In this document: piece after piece, positions 57,756-64,000 of the stretch
Position numbering within the stretch: position 1 is the stretch's first letter
How the letters are laid out: the number at the start of each line of letters is the position of its first letter
From: Patescibacteria group bacterium
Lineage (GTDB): Bacteria; Patescibacteriota; JABMPQ01; JAQVVF01
DNA length: 64,000 nucleotides
Assembly (NCBI GenBank): GCA_028699085.1
Contig: JAQVVF010000005.1
Location: 79-64,078 of the forward strand
Reading direction: 5' to 3'
Translations under genes and position numbers: made by a program
The notes under the pieces: generated by a model
Seen by the model: only the letters and a program-made list of their open reading frames with translations
Told to the model about the DNA's origin: nothing
Databases searched by the model: none

Positions 57756-57900
57756 GTTTTTTAATTTATTTTTTTAAAGTTTTTTAATTACTAATAATAT
57801 AACACATTTTATTTTTACTAACAAATTACAAAAAGTTAACATCTTTTAAATTTTTAGAATTTATGATAGATTAAAGTCGACAAAATTAAAACAAAAATAT

Positions 57901-58755
57901 ATGGACAACAAAAAACAAGTTTCACGTGAGGAATATATAAAATATCAACAAGAGCAAATAGAGAAAGAATTTGATCGAAAAAGGATGTTCCTGAAATATC
58001 AGAAAAGATTTATGATTGCAATAATTATCATTGTTGTAGTAGGAGTTTTAGGAACAATAGGATTTTTTCTTTATCGCTTATTTAATCCTATTGAACAGCC
58101 AATAAATACTCAAATCGTTGATGCTCCTCCAGCTGGTTTTGCAATTACAACCAAACAAGTTGAAATTATTCCAGAAAGTGCTAATAGATATGATGCTTTT
58201 CTTAGGATAATTGATACTGACCAAAATTGGGGAGTTGCAAAGCTGGATTATACAATTTCATTACGAAGTACAGATAAAGCAGTTGTTGGTGAGCGTACAG
58301 GCACAACGTTCATCTTGCCAAATCAAGAAAAATCAATTATTGAACTTGGTATTGATACGACTAATAAAGCAACAACAGCTACCACAGATTTTGAAATCAA
58401 AGAAGTTCAAAAATTAACGGAATCACCAGCATTAAATTTTGCTACAGAAAATTTAGCCTATCAAGTCACCGATGATAAAAGTAAAGTTACTGGTACGATT
58501 GTAAATCAAACAGTATTTGGTTTTAGTGAAATTATCATCAATGTTTTAGTTTATAACGAGCAAAATAATTTAGTTGGCTATAATTTTACAACAGTCAATG
58601 ATCTCACTCCGAATCAGAGAAGAGATTTTACAGTTTTCTGGCGAAAAAATCTTAATGTTAAAAAACCAAGAATCGTTGTTGAATCATATGTTAATCCTTT
58701 TAACTCAATGCCGTTTTTAGATATCTACAGCCAAGGACAGATGCTGGAATATTAA
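57901..58755 (+). CDS. Single-TM protein with two FxLYD-like Ig domains
   Basis: TM; VTGTIVN...VLVYNEQNNLVG...L.P.Q.R.F. Confidence 0.65.
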   Translation: MDNKKQVSREEYIKYQQEQIEKEFDRKRMFLKYQKRFMIAIIIIVVVGVLGTIGFFLYRLFNPIEQPINTQIVDAPPAGFAITTKQVEIIPESANRYDAFLRIIDTDQNWGVAKLDYTISLRSTDKAVVGERTGTTFILPNQEKSIIELGIDTTNKATTATTDFEIKEVQKLTESPALNFATENLAYQVTDDKSKVTGTIVNQTVFGFSEIIINVLVYNEQNNLVGYNFTTVNDLTPNQRRDFTVFWRKNLNVKKPRIVVESYVNPFNSMPFLDIYSQGQMLEY

Positions 58756-58758
58756 TCG

Positions 58759-58903
58759 AATTTCTAATTTTCAATTTCTAATTTCTATTGAATATTTAAT
58801 TTCTAATTTTCAAACCTAAAGTTTAGAAAAATTAGGATGAATTTTGTTTAGAAATTAATTATTTAAAATTTAATAGAAATTTAAAATTAGAAATTAGAAA
58901 TTT
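58759..58903. repeat. Heptamer (TTTCTAA) imperfect palindrome
   Basis: aatttctaattttcaatttctaatttctattgaa ... ttaatagaaatttaaaattagaaattagaaattt. Confidence 0.8.
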
Positions 58904-58909
58904 CATCAT

Positions 58910-60010
58910 ATGCTCAAGTTTCTCCAAATATTTAAAAAACTTGATTGGTTTTTATTTTCATCAATGCTTTTATTGGCTATTTTAGGTTTAGCTGCAATTA
59001 TCAGCACTACTTATCAAGATGGGTTACAAGATTTCGTCATTAAGCAGATAATCGCAGTTGTTCTCGGCTTAGTACTGTTTTTTATATTAATTATCCTAGA
59101 TTATCGAATATTTCAAAACTATGCTTATGTTTTATATGGAATTTTCGCGATCTCTCTTGTTTTAGTGCTTTTTCTAGGCACAATCTTCCAGGGAACTAAA
59201 GGTTGGTTTAATCTCGGTTTCTTCCAATTTCAGCCTGCAGAATTCATGAAAATTGCCTTAATTATTATTCTAGCTCGATATTTTGTTTATGCAAAAAAAC
59301 AAAGTACTTTGAAACATATAATTATATCAGGAACAATTATGGCGATTCCTTCCTTCTTGATTATGCTTCAGCCTGATATGGGTTCAGCATTAGTTTTAGT
59401 TGTCATTTGGTTTGGTATGTTATTGATTTCTGGATTAAAGCGTTCTTATGTCTTAACAATTGTATTTATTGGCTTAGCGCTTGCATCAGTTGTTTGGAAT
59501 TTCTTTTTATATGATTACCAAAAGAATAGAATCACAAGCTTTATAAATCCAGAAAATGATCCGTTAGGTCAAGGATATAATATGATTCAAGCCAAGATAG
59601 CAATTGGTTCAGGAGAACTATCTGGCCAAGGGCTTGGACATGGCAGTCAAAGCCAGCTCAAATTTTTGCCAGCTCAACACACTGATTTTATCTTTGCTGT
59701 AATTTCTGAAGAGCTTGGTTTTATCGGTAGCGCATTTTTATTAATTTTATTTTTTGTCCTAATTTTTAGAATTTTGAGAACAGCCATGAAAGCTCGAGAT
59801 GAATTTGGGCTAATGGTATGTTGTGGCATAGCAATTGGTTTCACTTTCCAAATTTTAGTTAATATTGGAATGAATTTGAGTATTATGCCAATTGCTGGAG
59901 TTCCTCTTCCTCTTGTCAGCTATGGTGGCAGTGCTATGATTGCCAGCTTAATCTCTTTAGGGATAGTCCAAAGTATTTTTGTGCGCTATAAAGGATTAGA
60001 GTTTAAATAG
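58910..60010 (+). CDS. rodA: Rod shape-determining SEDS protein RodA
   Basis: W..LG...QPAEF.K, QPDMGS, DP.G.GY...Q...AIGSG, HTDFIF....EE.G, PL.SYGGS. Confidence 0.92.
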   Translation: MLKFLQIFKKLDWFLFSSMLLLAILGLAAIISTTYQDGLQDFVIKQIIAVVLGLVLFFILIILDYRIFQNYAYVLYGIFAISLVLVLFLGTIFQGTKGWFNLGFFQFQPAEFMKIALIIILARYFVYAKKQSTLKHIIISGTIMAIPSFLIMLQPDMGSALVLVVIWFGMLLISGLKRSYVLTIVFIGLALASVVWNFFLYDYQKNRITSFINPENDPLGQGYNMIQAKIAIGSGELSGQGLGHGSQSQLKFLPAQHTDFIFAVISEELGFIGSAFLLILFFVLIFRILRTAMKARDEFGLMVCCGIAIGFTFQILVNIGMNLSIMPIAGVPLPLVSYGGSAMIASLISLGIVQSIFVRYKGLEFK

Positions 60011-60053
60011 TATTCTCCTTGAAAAAAAAGTTATTCAATATATAATAAATAGT

Positions 60054-60383
60054 ATGCTAGAAGATAATAGCAAACAACATAACCATAAAATATTAGAAAA
60101 AGTCAAATGGCTTTCAATTTGTCCATTTTGTAATACAAAATTCAGCATTGATCAGGCTAGAATTATTTCTGAAAAAAAGGACTCTTTCCTTTTGCATGCC
60201 TATTGTCAAAAATGCAAATGCTCAGTTTTGGCTAGTTTAATAGCAAATCCAATGGGTGTCAGTTCAATCGGCTTAGTTACAGATCTTACATATGAGGATG
60301 TCTTAAGGTTTAAAAAGGCCAAAGAAATAGATTCTGATGATATCATTTATGCTTATCAAGACTTGCAAAAAACAAAACTCTAA
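60054..60383 (+). CDS. Small zinc-ribbon protein (CxxC...CxxC), probably leaderless
   Basis: CPFC, CQKC; TTGAAA-17-TATAAT 7 nt before ATG. Confidence 0.75.
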   Translation: MLEDNSKQHNHKILEKVKWLSICPFCNTKFSIDQARIISEKKDSFLLHAYCQKCKCSVLASLIANPMGVSSIGLVTDLTYEDVLRFKKAKEIDSDDIIYAYQDLQKTKL

Positions 60384-60544
60384 ATTTTGAAAATTAGTAT
60401 TGCTAAAAAAAATAAAGATGCTATAATTATTCTTGATTGATTTTGCAAAAAATAGTCTTTTTTATTTTATTAAATTTATAATCGTTAGCGGTTCTTAAGT
60501 TAATCCATTCTGTTAACTGTTAACTGTTAACTGTTTACCAATCT

Positions 60545-61240
60545 ATGTCAGAACTAAAATTAGAAGCAAAAACTAGAGATCTTAAAAAATCTTTGAATGA
60601 ATCAAGAAAAAATAAGATGATTCCAGCTGTATTATATGGAAAGAACTTCAAACCTCTACATATTGAGCTAGTTTACAACAATTTTGTCAAGGTTTATAAA
60701 GAAGCAGGCGAGAGTACAGTTTTGAGCCTTGATATTGATGGCAAAAAAGAAAATACTCTTATCAAAGATCTACAATTTGATCCGATCAAAGACACTGTTA
60801 TTCATATTGATTTTCTAAGAGTTGATATGAATCAAAAAATTACAGCTAATGTTGAATTAAAATTTATCGGTCTTTCAAAAGCTGTTAAGGATTTAGAAGG
60901 TATCTTAGTTAAAAATATTAATGAAATTGAAGTTGAATGTTTACCAGCAAATTTGCCAAAAGAAATCATTGTTGATATTTCATCTCTAAATACATTTGAA
61001 GATGTTATTAAAATAAAAGATCTTCCACTTCCTCAAGATGTTCACACTGCATTAGATCAAGAAGAAGTCGTGGCAACAGTTACTCCTCCTCGTTCAGAAG
61101 AAGAGCTTGAATCTTTGAAAGAAGATGTTGAAGAAGATGTTGAAAAAGTTGAAGGCGTCAAGAAGGAAGAGCCAGAAGCAGAAAGCACAGAAACTGAAGG
61201 CGCTGCTACTCCAGAGAAAAAAGAAGCTAAAAAAGAATAA
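60545..61240 (+). CDS. rplY: 50S ribosomal protein L25 (Ctc form)
   Basis: IPAVLYG, HIDF, C-terminal beta domain LP..I.VDIS.L, acidic tail. Confidence 0.95.
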   Translation: MSELKLEAKTRDLKKSLNESRKNKMIPAVLYGKNFKPLHIELVYNNFVKVYKEAGESTVLSLDIDGKKENTLIKDLQFDPIKDTVIHIDFLRVDMNQKITANVELKFIGLSKAVKDLEGILVKNINEIEVECLPANLPKEIIVDISSLNTFEDVIKIKDLPLPQDVHTALDQEEVVATVTPPRSEEELESLKEDVEEDVEKVEGVKKEEPEAESTETEGAATPEKKEAKKE

Positions 61241-61289
61241 TTTTAAGGCAAAAGCCAGATGATGGTTTTTGCCTTTATTTTTTTAAAAG

Positions 61290-61550
61290 ATGTCTCAAAA
61301 ACAAACAATCACGCCAAAAGAATTTTCTGCTATTCGACTTTCATTGCAATTTGGTTATACGATTGTTATTCCATTAGTAATCTTCTTGCTGATTGGCATT
61401 TTTCTAGATAATAGATTCAAGACATCTCCATTATTCATTTTTATCGGCGTTATTTTCTCTATCGTTATCTCAACAATAGGAATTTATAAAGCAATTTTAC
61501 CTTTTTTAGAAATATCTAAAAAATCGGATAATTCTAAAGATAAAAAATAA
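61290..61550 (+). CDS. AtpZ/AtpI family protein
   Basis: G..LD....T.P motif, 2 TM, first gene of the atp operon. Confidence 0.85.
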   Translation: MSQKQTITPKEFSAIRLSLQFGYTIVIPLVIFLLIGIFLDNRFKTSPLFIFIGVIFSIVISTIGIYKAILPFLEISKKSDNSKDKK

Positions 61551-61586
61551 AGTAGGGAACAAAAATTTTTGTTCTAAATATATAAT

Positions 61587-62513
61587 ATGAAGATATCTTT
61601 AGTCGCAGAAGAATTATTTCATATCGGAGGTTTTCCTATTACAAATACTTTAATAGTTTCTTGGATTGTAATGGCGGTTTTGGTTATTGTTTCAGTTTTG
61701 GCAACTAGGAATATGAAGCTTGTTCCTACAGGTTTGCAGAATTTGATGGAAACAGTAATCGAAGCCTTATTCAAGCTTTTTAATACTATTACTCAAAGTG
61801 AAAAATTAACTCGCAAATTTTTTCCGCTTGTTGCCACAATATTTTTATTTGTAATAATGTCAAATTGGACAGAAGCTTTGCCAGGATTAGATAGTATCGG
61901 TTTAAAACCGCAACATGAAGTAAAATCAGAAAAAACAATTAGTTCTGGTTTACCAAGCTTAATCGCAATTGCTAAAGCTAATAAGGATACAGAAATTAAA
62001 CAAGAAGAATCAATAAATTCGTACGAAAATTCTGAAAAAGCTGATACTTTGCATATTGAATCAGAGCCAGGCGAGGAAGATGCCGAAGGCGCAACTGAAT
62101 CAAAGGATGAAGAACATATTATTCCTTTTCTTCGTTCTCCAAGTTCTGATTTAAATTTCACTTTAGCTTTAGCGATAATCGCTGTTGTAAGTATCCAAGT
62201 TTTTGGAGTTGCGCTTGTTGGCTTCAAGCATTATTCAAAAAAATTCTTTAATTTTTCTGGGCCAATCCAATTTGCTGTTGGATTGCTGGAGCTTGTTTCT
62301 GAGTTTTCGAAATTACTTTCATTCTCTCTTCGTCTCTTCGGTAATATTTTTGCTGGTGAAGTTTTGTTGATTGTTATTTCATTTTTAGTTCCATATTTAG
62401 TTCCGATTCCATTTATGGGTATGGAATTATTTGTTGGTTTTATTCAAGCCTTAATTTTTTCAATGTTAACTTTAGTTTTTCTTACAATGGCTGCAACAGC
62501 TGAAGAGCATTAA
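61587..62513 (+). CDS. atpB: ATP synthase F0 subunit a (with long acidic loop insertion)
   Basis: P.GLQN..E, SDLN.TLALA, SLRLFGNIFAGE, QALIF..LT. Confidence 0.96.
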   Translation: MKISLVAEELFHIGGFPITNTLIVSWIVMAVLVIVSVLATRNMKLVPTGLQNLMETVIEALFKLFNTITQSEKLTRKFFPLVATIFLFVIMSNWTEALPGLDSIGLKPQHEVKSEKTISSGLPSLIAIAKANKDTEIKQEESINSYENSEKADTLHIESEPGEEDAEGATESKDEEHIIPFLRSPSSDLNFTLALAIIAVVSIQVFGVALVGFKHYSKKFFNFSGPIQFAVGLLELVSEFSKLLSFSLRLFGNIFAGEVLLIVISFLVPYLVPIPFMGMELFVGFIQALIFSMLTLVFLTMAATAEEH

Positions 62514-62604
62514 AATTATTTATTAATTAGTAATTTTCCTAACAGTTAATTGCCGACTTAAAATAAATTCTTTAGTCGAAAGCTTTTAGCTGTTAGACAA
62601 TAAC

Positions 62605-62832
62605 ATGGATTTAGCAGTAGCAAAGGTCGTGTTCGCTGGCATTACAATTGCCATCGGCGCAGTCGGCCCAGCATTGGGCATCGGATTATTAGCTGGAAAA
62701 GGTTTACAAGCAATTGGTCGCAATCCTGAAGCAGCTCCAAAAATTCAAACAGCTATGATTTTAGCTATGGCTTTTACTGAAGCTATCGCTATTTATGCAT
62801 TAGTTGTTGCATTGATTATCAAGTTTGTTTAG
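62605..62832 (+). CDS. atpE: ATP synthase F0 subunit c
   Basis: GIG...G...IGRNPEA, FTEAIAIY. Confidence 0.97.
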   Translation: MDLAVAKVVFAGITIAIGAVGPALGIGLLAGKGLQAIGRNPEAAPKIQTAMILAMAFTEAIAIYALVVALIIKFV

Positions 62833-62939
62833 TAACTTTTATAGATCAGCACAAGCAATAATTTGTTGCTTGTGTGAATTTGTAAAGATTACGACGAATA
62901 TTTTTAATTTTTCATTTTTACTTTTTAATTTTCAAACAT

Positions 62940-63452
62940 ATGGAAGTCTTTACTCAACTAGGGATCAAGCCATTATTACTAGTAGCCCAAATTATCAACT
63001 TTTTAATATTGATGTTTTTATTAAAAAGGTTTTTATATAAACCAATTTTAAAAATGCTTGATGACAGAAAAAAGAAAATCGAAGAAAGTATGCAACAAGC
63101 AAAAGACATCGAACAGCAATTACAAAATGCAGAAAAAATGAAATTAGAAAAGCAAGAAGATGCAAAGAAGCAGGCTTCCAAAATCCTTGATCAAGCCAAA
63201 AAAGATGCTGAAATGATTAGGAAAGATATCTTGACAAAGTCAGATGATGATGCAAAGAGGGTTATCAAAAAAGCAACTGACGAGATGAAAGGCGAGAAAG
63301 AAAAATTACTTAGTGACGTCAAAAAGCAGGCTGCTGATCTTACAATGTTAGCAACTCAGACAGTATTGAAAAAAGGATTGGATGAGCAAAAGCAACGAGA
63401 ATTAATTGGTGAAGCAATCAAAGAAATCGACAATTTTAAAATTAAGTCTTAA
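62940..63452 (+). CDS. atpF: ATP synthase F0 subunit b
   Basis: QIINFLIL..LL..FLYKPI...LD.R, coiled coil. Confidence 0.95.
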   Translation: MEVFTQLGIKPLLLVAQIINFLILMFLLKRFLYKPILKMLDDRKKKIEESMQQAKDIEQQLQNAEKMKLEKQEDAKKQASKILDQAKKDAEMIRKDILTKSDDDAKRVIKKATDEMKGEKEKLLSDVKKQAADLTMLATQTVLKKGLDEQKQRELIGEAIKEIDNFKIKS

Positions 63453-63460
63453 GTAAATTT

Positions 63461-64000
63461 GTGTCAAAAAGTTTATCAGAGATAAAACAATACGTACAAG
63501 CTTTATATGATCTTGCAAGTTCTGAAAATATCTTAGATAAGATAAATTTAGAATTGCGACTTTTTATTGCTAAGACAAATGAAGATTTAAAATTAAAAAA
63601 ATATCTTTCCAATCCAATCGAAAATATCGTTAGCAAAAAAGCGACAATCAAGGATTTATTTCAGGATCAATTATCAACTTATACTCACAATTTTATTTAT
63701 ATCTTTTTGAAAAAAAATGAACTAGAAATTCTAGAAGCAGCACAAAAATATTTTGAAAAATTGATCAAAGAAAGAAAGAACGTTATTGATGCAAAAATTA
63801 TTTCTGCAATTCCATTAACAAAAGATGAAGAAAACATTATTAAAGAAAAATTAGCTACTCAAACTAATAAGAAAATTAATTTAAATATTGCTGTTGATCC
63901 AAATATTTTAGGCGGTTTAGTTATTCAAACAAGGGATCAAATGGTTGATGCCAGTCTTTTAGGTAAAATCAACAATCTCCGTCAAAATGTTTTATCATAA
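63461..64000 (+). CDS. atpH: ATP synthase F1 subunit delta
   Basis: Y.QALY, L.NP, SA.PL, VDP.ILGG, DAS; GTG start. Confidence 0.93.
   Translation: MSKSLSEIKQYVQALYDLASSENILDKINLELRLFIAKTNEDLKLKKYLSNPIENIVSKKATIKDLFQDQLSTYTHNFIYIFLKKNELEILEAAQKYFEKLIKERKNVIDAKIISAIPLTKDEENIIKEKLATQTNKKINLNIAVDPNILGGLVIQTRDQMVDASLLGKINNLRQNVLS

Noticed and set aside
1-64000. Alternative genetic code (UGA=Gly as in Gracilibacteria/Absconditabacteria)
   Set aside because: Core genes are full length under code 11 and gatB ends at TGA at the expected position

Overview
Low-GC bacterial chromosome segment (standard code 11). Gene content and style suggest a Patescibacteria/CPR-type organism (inference): TGS-less ThrRS, tandem ThyX, baseplate-J-like membrane protein, and SD-less housekeeping genes. 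Bases 1-8.2 kb are a defence island: XRE regulator, type I HsdR, fused HsdM-S with an (AG)n tract between its two TRDs, and an RloC-like ABC-ATPase/HEPN protein. The island is bracketed by inverted copies of a GC-rich, highly structured non-coding element. The rest is core genome: three tRNAs, rmuC, UvrD-nuclease, pheST, gyrB, secE-nusG-rplK-rplA (interrupted by two phospholipid-synthesis genes), thyX-tmk, gatB, miaA/miaB, folC, thrS, dnaE, rodA, rplY and atpZBEFH, plus several surface proteins. The most striking cross-cutting pattern is a set of seven solitary orphan genes, each with a perfect AGGAGG Shine-Dalgarno and a downstream terminator-like hairpin (most also with a recognisable own promoter), wedged among core genes that have no SD. 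A second pattern is dispersed 7-/9-mer palindromic repeats, one of which appears to be translated inside MiaA. All functional calls come from motif recognition by eye; no database search was run.
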